Under the pieces are notes generated by a model. It did no database searches and had not been told where the DNA came from. It was given only the letters and a program-made list of their open reading frames with translations. The position numbers were made by a program, and so were the translations under genes. A DNA stretch of 27,083 nucleotides from the IMG/VR virus record IMGVR_UViG_3300020045_019679, positions 1 to 27,083 of that record, one strand, 5' to 3'. This document shows positions 8,851 to 17,630 of this stretch, in pieces. The stretch is from a virus (lineage: Duplodnaviria > Caudoviricetes). Positions within the stretch are counted from its first letter, which is position 1; each line of letters begins with the position of its first letter.

Positions 8851-10004
8851 AATTATCCGTAGCCAACTATACGTTTGATGCATCGGCGAAGACAGTCACG
8901 TTCACGGACATCAACCCGATTCTTTTGGAAGCTGTGTTGCTTGTCGTCAACGTCACCGACCAAATCATCATCTATAACTTCGCGGATCCGGCCAAAGGGG
9001 GGACTGTAGCCACGAACGTCCTCACCCTTGAATTCGACACCACGTCGATGGACGATACGGACAAGCTGCTCATTTTCTACGAAGATTCGTTGCTCGTGCC
9101 TGCGCAGGAAAATGGCAACCTTAGCCAGGCTGCAATTTCCCTCGCGGCTCTGGAAATACTCATCGCCACCGGGAATGGGACGCTTGATGCAATTCTGACC
9201 ACAGAAAATGCGTGTAAAACGGCGCTGCAGATCATAGACGATTGGGACGAAACGGATCGCGCCAAAGTGAATCCGATCGTGGGGCAGGCGGGCGTGGCCG
9301 CGGGTGCGGGTGCGGTCGGGACGAACGTGCAGCGAACCACGTTGGCCTCCGATGATCCCGCGGTGGTGGTCTTGGGCGCGACGACCGGCGCAGCCGTGGT
9401 CACGGACGCGAACGGAACGATCCAGCAGTATCTCCGAGGCCTGGTCAAGTTGTTCATCACCGCGGGTTCGGCGCTTGTGACGGCGGTATGCGGTGGGGAT
9501 GTGGCTCACGATGGAGCTGACGGCACAACCAAGCCGGTCAAAATCGGCTACAAAGCTATCGCCCACGGATCGACTCCGGCGGCCGTAGCAGTCAACGATC
9601 GGAGTGATGCGGTCTGTGATCGTCACGGTGTACCCTGGGTCAACTGCGGGCATCCCTACACGCGGACTTTTCGCAAGAATTACACCGCAGCGCAGACCAA
9701 CATCACGATACTTACTCCGACCGCGGGAAAGAAGCTGGTGATCACGCGATGCTCGGCGATGGTTGCCAACTCCAACAGCGTAGATGTCTCGGTGACGGTC
9801 GGCCTGGCAGCAACCACAACGCCGACGGACGAAGGAACCGTTCTGTCGCATCCTGGATTGGCCAAGGGTTCGGGGGTTGTGGAAGGCAACGGCGCTGGCG
9901 AGCTGGGCGTCGGGGCCGCGGATGACAAGCTGCTCATCACCTGTTCAGTTCCGACGGGCGGGAGCATTACCGTGGTCGGGACGTATCACGAGATCGAATC
10001 GTAG
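8847..10004 (+). CDS. putative virion structural protein
   Basis: N-terminal 'YTFDASAKTVTF...LLVVNVTDQIIIYNFADP..GG...LTLEFDTTSM' module recalled from phage structural proteins. ATGA overlap; GC-rich codon usage. Confidence 0.55.
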   Translation: MKLSVANYTFDASAKTVTFTDINPILLEAVLLVVNVTDQIIIYNFADPAKGGTVATNVLTLEFDTTSMDDTDKLLIFYEDSLLVPAQENGNLSQAAISLAALEILIATGNGTLDAILTTENACKTALQIIDDWDETDRAKVNPIVGQAGVAAGAGAVGTNVQRTTLASDDPAVVVLGATTGAAVVTDANGTIQQYLRGLVKLFITAGSALVTAVCGGDVAHDGADGTTKPVKIGYKAIAHGSTPAAVAVNDRSDAVCDRHGVPWVNCGHPYTRTFRKNYTAAQTNITILTPTAGKKLVITRCSAMVANSNSVDVSVTVGLAATTTPTDEGTVLSHPGLAKGSGVVEGNGAGELGVGAADDKLLITCSVPTGGSITVVGTYHEIES

Positions 10005-10013
10005 GAATCGTTC

Positions 10014-11309
10014 ATGGCTAAATCTCTGATGATCTGCGGAAACAGTAGCCCGCAGGAGTATGTGCGAGTTGGGGCTGGTGCGGAATCAATCTACTTTGTC
10101 TGCGCGAACGCCCCGTTGGTTATTAAGACAGTGCGGGCCAACACGCAGATCACCTATCACACACCGGGTGTAATCAGCAAGGCGGGGATTTATGCCGACA
10201 TGACCAATCTTGCCGTGGATGCGACGGCTACCCTTGAAATAAACGGTGAATCGACCGCCATTTCCGTTACGCTCACCGCCGGGTTGGTTCAGCGATTCTC
10301 CGACAATGTGAATACCGCTACCGTGGCCGATGGCGATGAAGTGAACTGGAAGGTGACGCTCGGATCTGGCGATGATCCGGGTTTCTCATGTTATATTTCC
10401 CACGCCTCCATCGTATTCGAGCCTACTGATTCGACGCTGACGATGGTCAAACACGCGGCCATCAACTTCGCCGCTATTACGACGACGACCGCTCGCTACG
10501 CAGCCTTAAGTGATAATTGCAGCACATTGAATACCACGGAAGTCTGGGCACGATTCGATTGCAACGCCGCAGGCACGTTAAAGAACATGTTCGTGAAGTG
10601 TTCCGCGTTTAGTGGATTCACGAATCTAGAATGTGCTTTAATGCTAGATGGGGCACAGGCCGGTTCTCCAGGAAACCTCGAAGCAAATGCGACAAGCACT
10701 ACGATTGCAGAAGATACCACCAATGCCGTTACCGTGGCGGCTAACGATGATGTGTGTTATCGGATCACCGCAACCGGCGCGGGTTCCGCCACGGTGGAGA
10801 TTGTCGCCGTCGAATGGGTTTCAACGAATAAGCAGTTCCACTCGATTTTCGCTGGGACAGGTGGCGGTTTTATTCAGGCTAAAAGCACCACGAAAACCAC
10901 TCCGGGTGGTGGTGGAGCCACAACCCTGGCAAATGATGAAACGGCTCACCGCGTTCCGATGGGATTTTCGGCGATCGTATCCAATCTAACGGGGTATGTT
11001 TCGGCTAATACTCTTAACACCCCACCCCCCGCATCAGGTTCCGGTTTTGACATTATACTTCGGGGGAATGGGACTGATACACCAGTTGCTCTTAATTGGG
11101 CTGAGGGTGTTACCGGGCAGTCGGAAGACACGAGCGATTCCGAAAGTTATACGTCCACCCGAGAACTATCATTGAAATGTGTTGCGAATGCGGCCAGCAC
11201 CGGGTCTGTGACTTGGCGGCACGTCGGGATGCTGATTACGAACACGGAGGCGGGTGCGACCGCCGTCAAAGACGTGATTGGATGCGGGGTGATCCCGTTT
11301 GCGCGGTGA
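10014..11309 (+). CDS. putative virion protein with three internally repeated beta-sandwich domains
   Basis: 431 aa with three similar segments of about 140 aa periodicity (see findings). Confidence 0.55.
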   Translation: MAKSLMICGNSSPQEYVRVGAGAESIYFVCANAPLVIKTVRANTQITYHTPGVISKAGIYADMTNLAVDATATLEINGESTAISVTLTAGLVQRFSDNVNTATVADGDEVNWKVTLGSGDDPGFSCYISHASIVFEPTDSTLTMVKHAAINFAAITTTTARYAALSDNCSTLNTTEVWARFDCNAAGTLKNMFVKCSAFSGFTNLECALMLDGAQAGSPGNLEANATSTTIAEDTTNAVTVAANDDVCYRITATGAGSATVEIVAVEWVSTNKQFHSIFAGTGGGFIQAKSTTKTTPGGGGATTLANDETAHRVPMGFSAIVSNLTGYVSANTLNTPPPASGSGFDIILRGNGTDTPVALNWAEGVTGQSEDTSDSESYTSTRELSLKCVANAASTGSVTWRHVGMLITNTEAGATAVKDVIGCGVIPFAR

Positions 11310-11357
11310 TGCGATGACTCACGCGATGGTGCTGGAAATGTTTCAAAGGAATTCCCC

Positions 11358-11690
11358 GTGAGACTCATAGCGCTTGTCACCGTCGTGTTTGAGATTGGCT
11401 CATGTATTACCCTCCCTCCGCCGCCGCCCGTGGAATGCCCGCCGTGTCCGCCGCCGGAGCGCATTGTCGTCACGCGGCCAAGAGAGAAAGCGATGCGCTA
11501 TTTTGGAAGTTGCATGGCGGGGCCGAATCAGCCGATCGTCGGGGACGTTGAATACGTCCCCTGTACGTGGCTCGTGGACTGTTTGGACGAACTCGACGCG
11601 GACGGGGACGGGGACGTGGACTTGCGGGACTTCGCGTTGATATCGAATGGAATGAGGGAGCAGACTCGACGGATCAATGATGAGAGGTGA
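11358..11690 (+). CDS. small putative lipoprotein with Pro-rich linker and dockerin/EF-hand-like Ca-binding motif
   Basis: GTG start with AAGGA upstream. Short hydrophobic leader ending IGSC, then PPPPPVECPPCPPP and 'LDADGDGDVDLRDFA'. Confidence 0.55.
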   Translation: MRLIALVTVVFEIGSCITLPPPPPVECPPCPPPERIVVTRPREKAMRYFGSCMAGPNQPIVGDVEYVPCTWLVDCLDELDADGDGDVDLRDFALISNGMREQTRRINDER

Positions 11691-11766
11691 TGATCGAGTG
11701 ATGCTAAGAGATAGGTATTGTCAGGAAAGATAATGAATAATTCTATCTTTATGAAATAGGTGAATT

Positions 11767-14082
11767 ATGTCTTCATTTGCAGGTCCAATCAGAGCCGGTC
11801 GAGCTTTCGTTGAATTATTTGCTGATGATTCTAAGTTAGTCTCTGGTCTTCGTCGTGCTCAGAATACATTGAAGGCATGGGGACAGGATCTCTTCAGGAG
11901 CGGTCTTGCAATTACCGCATTCGGTTCTTCTCTGAGTGCGCCTTTCATTCTATCAACTAAGACCTTCACCGAAATGGGTGATAGTCTATCTGCGATGTCT
12001 CAGAGGACAGGGTTTGCTACTCAGACTCTGAGTGGTCTCGAACTCGCAGCGATGTTCACAGATTTTTCTATGCAGGGTCTTGAGAATGCCCTCAAGAGAA
12101 TGCAACGGACTTTAGTCGCGGCCATGACTGGTACGAAGGAGATATCGAAGGCTTTTGGATTCTTAAATCTGAAGACCGAAGAATTCGTGAATAAATCTCC
12201 AGAAGAACAGTTGGCTCTGATTGCTTCTCGTCTCTCTAAGATAGATGATCCTACGATTCGGGTCGCGGCTGCGATGGGGATATTTGGACGCGAAGCAACA
12301 GGTATTCTTCCAATGTTGAAAGATGGGGCTAGAGGTCTTCAAGCATATATGGATAAGGCAAAGCAATTCAACATTATTCCCCCTCAGGCCGCAGTTGATG
12401 CTGGGGACAAACTCAAGGACGTCTTCGAGATTATCAAACTCCAGGTCCGTACCATTCGTTTCTGGATAGGGGCTGGGTTGGAAAAGGCATTGAAACCTCT
12501 GAGTGAGAGGCTAGTCAGGATTCTAGCAAGGGTGATTGATTGGACAGCAGCCAATGGAGCTCTGTTCATTTCGATCGCTAAGATTGCAGCTGGGGTCGTT
12601 ATTCTAGGTGGTAGTATAATGGGACTCGGTATTAGTCTTCTTGTTTTATCTAAGGTAGGGGCGGGTCTATTGGTTGTCGTGAAGATTATTCATTCTGTTC
12701 TGTCAGCAGCATTGGGTATCATTGCTCTTCTGACCACGAACCTGGGAATGATGACCGCAGCCCTCTTGGTGGGCACGGTCGCTCTTCTATATTTTTCTGG
12801 GAGAGGGGGAGCTGCGGTCTCCTGGCTCGGTGCGAAGTTTAAGACAATGGGGTCCATATTCATGGGGACTATGCAGGGGATTAAGGATGCTCTTCTTGGA
12901 GGGGATCTTTCTCTTGCTGCGAAGATTCTATGGTTGGGACTGAAAGCGGAATGGGTGATTGCTACAGGCACCTTATTAGAAATATGGGATACCTTCAAAA
13001 CGAAGCTATTTCAAGGACTTCGCGGACTCTGGGATGGTATTAGAGCGGTGTGGACGATAGGTGCCGAATCATTGAGAGAAGGACTCACTCTTGGATTACG
13101 AACTATCCTCGATGTAGCTTCTCGATTCGCATATCTTTTCAAGAAGACGATGGCGGATGCTTTGGGATTTCAGAAGAAACTCGAGATTAAGGTTGGTGCT
13201 GATATAGCTAGAACTTCTGTCAAGAGTGATCTTGCGAATGCTGAATTGCAGTTCGAGAAAGTCAAGGAAGCAGCAGATAAGCATTATGCGGCTTTAAGGG
13301 AAAGGGATGAAGCAGCACGTGATCTTCGAGAAGCTCCTTATGCTCCAGGTGGAGAAAATCGATTGAAGCGTATGCGTCTTAAGCATGCTGAAGCTGAGTT
13401 AGCTGAGAATCCTCTGATGACCGATAAATTACGAAAGAAGGGATTCAAAGTAGATCCAAATCTCAATCGAGCTCTTCAGCAAGCAGCAAAACAGGTCGCA
13501 GCCGCTAAAGAACGTGTTAATGCAATCGATGCGATGGAGAAAAACGCTCTCGAGAAAGTCGATGAAGATTTGGTCGGTGAGAAAGCTGATCTAGGAAAAG
13601 AATTTCTCAACAGACAGAAAGAAATCTTTGATGATTCGGCAGCGGTTTTGGAGGAACTCAATAGAAAATATGTGAAGGACATGGCCGCTATCGGAGCAGA
13701 TAATAAGTCATTCAATGATGACCTTGAAGCAGCTCATCAGGAAGTGGTGAAGAACGTCGATAATGAAACAGCAGAAGCCCTCAAAAAATTACAGAGGGCC
13801 GAGATAGATGCTCAATGGGCACGAAGTGATTCTGAATTTGAGAAGATGGATATTGGAGATATTTCCAAGGGGATACCGAATGATCTAGATGATGTGATGT
13901 CTGATCTTGATAGTAGAGGTGGTTCGATTGCGGGGACATTCACCAATGCTCTACTCTTGGGACGTGGTGGTGGAGGATCGTCCCAGGAACGGACTGCGAA
14001 GGCAACTGAGAAAACAGTCAATCTTCTCGAAGTGATCAAAGAAAAAATAACGAAGTCCCCAGAAGCCACATTCGGTAATTAA
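11767..14082 (+). CDS. tail tape measure protein
   Basis: 771 aa, helical and Ala/Leu/Lys-rich. N-terminal 'IRAGRAFVELFADDSKL..GL', 'MSQRTG..TQTLSGL', 'AAMGIFGR....ILPML', a central hydrophobic region, a coiled-coil C-half and 'QERTAKATEKT'. Confidence 0.9.
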   Translation: MSSFAGPIRAGRAFVELFADDSKLVSGLRRAQNTLKAWGQDLFRSGLAITAFGSSLSAPFILSTKTFTEMGDSLSAMSQRTGFATQTLSGLELAAMFTDFSMQGLENALKRMQRTLVAAMTGTKEISKAFGFLNLKTEEFVNKSPEEQLALIASRLSKIDDPTIRVAAAMGIFGREATGILPMLKDGARGLQAYMDKAKQFNIIPPQAAVDAGDKLKDVFEIIKLQVRTIRFWIGAGLEKALKPLSERLVRILARVIDWTAANGALFISIAKIAAGVVILGGSIMGLGISLLVLSKVGAGLLVVVKIIHSVLSAALGIIALLTTNLGMMTAALLVGTVALLYFSGRGGAAVSWLGAKFKTMGSIFMGTMQGIKDALLGGDLSLAAKILWLGLKAEWVIATGTLLEIWDTFKTKLFQGLRGLWDGIRAVWTIGAESLREGLTLGLRTILDVASRFAYLFKKTMADALGFQKKLEIKVGADIARTSVKSDLANAELQFEKVKEAADKHYAALRERDEAARDLREAPYAPGGENRLKRMRLKHAEAELAENPLMTDKLRKKGFKVDPNLNRALQQAAKQVAAAKERVNAIDAMEKNALEKVDEDLVGEKADLGKEFLNRQKEIFDDSAAVLEELNRKYVKDMAAIGADNKSFNDDLEAAHQEVVKNVDNETAEALKKLQRAEIDAQWARSDSEFEKMDIGDISKGIPNDLDDVMSDLDSRGGSIAGTFTNALLLGRGGGGSSQERTAKATEKTVNLLEVIKEKITKSPEATFGN

Positions 14083-14094
14083 GGAGTTTGTCAG

Positions 14095-14934
14095 ATGGCT
14101 AAAGTTGTATTGGTAGAACGACCGGATAGTCGTCGCTGGACAGTAGGAGAAAACTCTACCTTCGAACGTAAGTATAATGCGACAGGGAGTAGTAATCATA
14201 CCACGATTCGAGATAAAGCTACTTCTGAAATTCCTCTTGCTTGGGAGGGGCTGTACCGTTCGAATATAGATATCGAGCCTAATCCTGAGCATCTCGACGC
14301 AGTTTCTGGGAGAGGCCTCTGGTTAGTTACCGCTCATTATCTCCCAGCAGTTCTGGGGTTATATGGAGAGTCTTTCGATACGAAGGGAGGGACTTCTACA
14401 GTAAAGCAATCTCTCTCTACTCGCAGTCGTACCAGTACTTCTCCTCCAGCTACCTTCCACGATCGAGCTGTCAATGTCAGAGATGGTGTGGTTGAAGGTA
14501 CGGAAATAACTGTTCCCGTATTCACTTGGAATGAGTCTTACGAGATGCAGTCTCATGTAGTTACTCCTGGGTATAAGGGGACGCTCTATAAGCTGACAGG
14601 GAAAGTCAATGAGAAACCGTTCAGGATTTTTGGGGCAGAAGAAGTTCTTTTCCTCGGTGCTAGTGGAACGAAGAACAAGGAAACAGGCATCTATGATATG
14701 GAGTTCCACTTTGCAGCCTCTCCTGAATTAAAGAACTTTAGTATGGGGTCCTTGACTATTCCCCTGAAGAGGGGGTGGGATTATTTATGGGTGGTCTATG
14801 AAACTCGGCTAGATGATGGTTCCCATCAATTTGCGCAGGTTCCAAAAGAAGTTTATGTCGAACAGATGTATGAAACGGCTGATTTTTCTAAGCTTCGTAT
14901 AGGGGTCCAACAGATTCCAGTTTCTCCGGGGTGA
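14095..14934 (+). CDS. putative distal-tail / tail-tip hub protein
   Basis: Immediately follows the tape measure gene, with RBS AAGGAG. Beta-rich, with 'TGKVN..PF..F...EVLFLGASG' and 'KRGWDYLWV.Y'. Confidence 0.55.
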   Translation: MAKVVLVERPDSRRWTVGENSTFERKYNATGSSNHTTIRDKATSEIPLAWEGLYRSNIDIEPNPEHLDAVSGRGLWLVTAHYLPAVLGLYGESFDTKGGTSTVKQSLSTRSRTSTSPPATFHDRAVNVRDGVVEGTEITVPVFTWNESYEMQSHVVTPGYKGTLYKLTGKVNEKPFRIFGAEEVLFLGASGTKNKETGIYDMEFHFAASPELKNFSMGSLTIPLKRGWDYLWVVYETRLDDGSHQFAQVPKEVYVEQMYETADFSKLRIGVQQIPVSPG

Positions 14935-14937
14935 TAT

Positions 14938-15846
14938 ATGGCATCAGGGAAATTCAATAAAGTCGTTCCTGGACAGCCGCTGAAATTCTCAGCATCTACC
15001 TATAATGCTATGGTAGTTGCTGCTGAGAACTTCGCGGACTCAGCATTCAACCATACAGAGTCTCGCGGTTCTGGGAGTCACCTTCAGAATAATGTTGTCC
15101 TCCTCTTGAATTCGACAGCATTCAATCTAAATCAATCTGAGATATTGGGGATTGATAAACCATTGATTCTCCCATCTCAGAACGAATCAGAATTTAGAAG
15201 GCGTTTCTCTGTTGTAGGAGTATTACCTGATCCTATTCTTCATTCTGAGAAATTCGTTGTTTTGGCTGAGCCTATTCCAAAAGGTAAGATTGGAAGGGCG
15301 TGGATCTCAGGAGTATGTCAGGTCAAAATCGATGTGATAGATGAGTCCGCATCGACTGCGGGAGTTGTTGATCAATCTACAATCGCATTGAGAACAGGTG
15401 AAGGAAACATTCCTATCATCTGGAAAGCTCAAGGGACAGGTCTGCAATGGGGGGCTGTGCGTCTTGGAGGTGGTAGTGGGGGTGGTTCTGCTCTGGCTGT
15501 TATTCGTGCGACCTATGCGAAGCATTTGCCTTCGGGAGCACTCTCACCCGACAGAATGAAGATAGGTGTGCAAGAGGTCAAGATTGATGGGGAAGGAATC
15601 GCGAGATTCGCAGGCGATACGATGAAAATCGTATATGTATGGCCGGGACTCTTTTCTGAGAATTATGCAGCTTTCACCTGGCAAGGCAATCAAGACCCCA
15701 TTCCCAAAGAAACGGTCATTGTCGAAGTGCGAAGTATTGATGGACGATGGTATGTTGGTCAATGGTCAGGGTTACGATATCGTCTATTACCACGTCCTTT
15801 GAACGTCCGTCAGACGGATTGCGTTGCGCAAGAGGCTAGGTTCTAA
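14938..15846 (+). CDS. putative tail-tip protein
   Basis: Second gene after the tape measure. 'KFVVLAEPIPKGKIGRAWISGVC' domain, a GGGSGGGS linker and a C-terminal domain. Confidence 0.5.
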   Translation: MASGKFNKVVPGQPLKFSASTYNAMVVAAENFADSAFNHTESRGSGSHLQNNVVLLLNSTAFNLNQSEILGIDKPLILPSQNESEFRRRFSVVGVLPDPILHSEKFVVLAEPIPKGKIGRAWISGVCQVKIDVIDESASTAGVVDQSTIALRTGEGNIPIIWKAQGTGLQWGAVRLGGGSGGGSALAVIRATYAKHLPSGALSPDRMKIGVQEVKIDGEGIARFAGDTMKIVYVWPGLFSENYAAFTWQGNQDPIPKETVIVEVRSIDGRWYVGQWSGLRYRLLPRPLNVRQTDCVAQEARF

Positions 15847-17135
15847 TGGGGTTGGTTCCCTGCTGTTTGCCTGACAATTCATGCCTTCTGCTCGAGCCCT
15901 CTGCATGCCTTTCGCAGGGTGGTCGTGTGAGGGGGATTGATGGTTCGACCTGTGCGAGTATAAGTTGCACATCTCTTCTAGGTGCTTGTTGTAGAGAAGT
16001 AGGATCTTGTCTTAATAATCTGACGCAAGCTCAATGTGAATCTCTTTCGGGAGGACCTGGTCAGTTCTTTCAGGGAGTCGATTGCGGGAATACAGATTGT
16101 TCTCATGCCGCCACTCTTTATGTGTGCTGCAAAGATGGGGTTTGTAGTCTTCTCAGAGATGTCGTCTGTCGTCTTGGAGGAGGGGAGACTTTCCTGAATG
16201 AAACTTCCTGCGAAGGATTTCAGTGTCCTCCTCCCGCTCAGAAGAGTGCTTGTTGTCTTGGGGACGGAACTTGTCTTGGCAATCTGACATTGATTCAATG
16301 TGATCAGCGAGCAGGAAGATTTATTCTAGGACCTGGTCGGTCTTCTGTGACTTGTGGGGTCCATACCTGTGAAAGATTAGAACCTGGTGATGGGGCTTGC
16401 TGTGCTGCGGGAATCTGCAGTATAAAAAATTATGATGAATGTCGTCTGGTGGGAGGTTTGTTTGTTCAGAATACAACGTGCCTTCAGATTGATTGTGCCC
16501 TGTCTAATATGCCGGGAGCGTGCTGCAAGCTAGATGGTGATTGTTTCCAAGCTGAGTCTAGGAGAGTCTGTGATACGTTTCATGGTCTATTCTATCCCAA
16601 TGGACGTTGTGGCATAGAGGCTAATTGTTCATTCCGGGGTTGTTGTCGGGATGGAGAATGTTATTTAACAACTCCCCAGACCTGTGAAAATCAAGGTGGG
16701 AGAGTATGGCATAATTGGTTATGTGTGGGACCTGGTGGAGTCCCTATAGAATGTGGAAAGAGTGCATGCTGTTTCGAAGATGATCGGATTTGTCAGAATC
16801 TGACTGGTCTTGATTGTCTGAATCAAGGAGGAGAGCCACAGAGTGAATTCACTCAATGTAGTTTTCCAATGGTTCATTGTGATGTTCCTCGAGGAGCGGC
16901 TTGTTGTTTTCCAGAAGGGTCTTGTCAGACACTCACTGAGGATAGATGCAATGCACTAGGTGGCTTCTGGAGAAGGGACGGTATCTGTCCTGAATATGGA
17001 ACTGATGACCCTTCTCCCTGTATCAAGACAGCTTGCTGTCTTCCCGGAGGAACCTGTGAGAATACTACTCGACAAGGTTGTAATGCTCGAAGCGGTTATT
17101 GGTATAATGGGAAGACATGCGCTGATGCAGAATGT
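15846..17135 (+). repeat. ten degenerate protein-level tandem repeats (CC-x4-6-C-x7-8-C-..G[G]..-C-x4-10-C)
   Basis: Repeat heads: VPCC, GACC, YVCC, SACC, GACC, GACC, RGCC, SACC, AACC, TACC. Confidence 0.9.
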
Positions 17136-17630
17136 GGGGAAGGTGATGTTCCTCGCTATTTCGATCCTATTGGAACGGTCGCTCCCAGTGGATTGGTATG
17201 GGACCTAGATCTTTGCCAGTGGGCTCTGTTCGAGCCTGTCTTGGTTCTTGCAGATGATAATTATGCTCGCCTTGAATCACTGCATCCTATGCGGGCGGTG
17301 GAGCCTGATTGGGGCAGAGAACATGACACCATCTATCCAGGGGAGCCTTGCGGATACCATTGGGGGGATATGGGGATTGATTCGGAAGGATTGGCTGAAC
17401 CGAGATTCTGTTCCAAGCCATATTATGGAGATCAGAATTTCGATCAGACAACGGTGATGAAAGCTTATATCAAGCGTTTGGCTGGGATTCCCGATGATAT
17501 GGAACCTTCTACGATCGATGAGAATCAGGATGATGGGTTCACTGCTTTTGGAGGGATGTACCATACCCCATACTGGATTGAGGCTTCATTCAATAGTGCA
17601 TTGAGAATCTGTGCGGGGGTTATTGAGTGA
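15846..17630 (+). CDS. Cys-rich repeat protein (10 x 6-Cys 'ACC' repeats), putative tail-tip/adhesion component
   Basis: TAATG coupling. Ten ~41-49 aa repeats each with CC plus four further Cys; 64 Cys in 594 aa by hand count. No signal peptide. Confidence 0.75.
   Translation: MGLVPCCLPDNSCLLLEPSACLSQGGRVRGIDGSTCASISCTSLLGACCREVGSCLNNLTQAQCESLSGGPGQFFQGVDCGNTDCSHAATLYVCCKDGVCSLLRDVVCRLGGGETFLNETSCEGFQCPPPAQKSACCLGDGTCLGNLTLIQCDQRAGRFILGPGRSSVTCGVHTCERLEPGDGACCAAGICSIKNYDECRLVGGLFVQNTTCLQIDCALSNMPGACCKLDGDCFQAESRRVCDTFHGLFYPNGRCGIEANCSFRGCCRDGECYLTTPQTCENQGGRVWHNWLCVGPGGVPIECGKSACCFEDDRICQNLTGLDCLNQGGEPQSEFTQCSFPMVHCDVPRGAACCFPEGSCQTLTEDRCNALGGFWRRDGICPEYGTDDPSPCIKTACCLPGGTCENTTRQGCNARSGYWYNGKTCADAECGEGDVPRYFDPIGTVAPSGLVWDLDLCQWALFEPVLVLADDNYARLESLHPMRAVEPDWGREHDTIYPGEPCGYHWGDMGIDSEGLAEPRFCSKPYYGDQNFDQTTVMKAYIKRLAGIPDDMEPSTIDENQDDGFTAFGGMYHTPYWIEASFNSALRICAGVIE

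Noticed and set aside
8853-9851. 332-aa reverse-strand ORF
   Set aside because: Antisense shadow of the GC-rich 8847..10004 gene. It is Arg/His-rich, has no motifs and runs against the uniform + strand organisation.
11430-11450. VECPPCP identical to part of the human IgG2 hinge
   Set aside because: A seven-residue low-complexity Pro/Cys match; coincidence is the simplest explanation.
15846-17135. CRISPR array or diversity-generating retroelement TR/VR in the repeat region
   Set aside because: The repeats are conserved only at protein level. I saw no identical DNA repeats with spacers, no adenine-specific repeat pair and no reverse transcriptase in the window.
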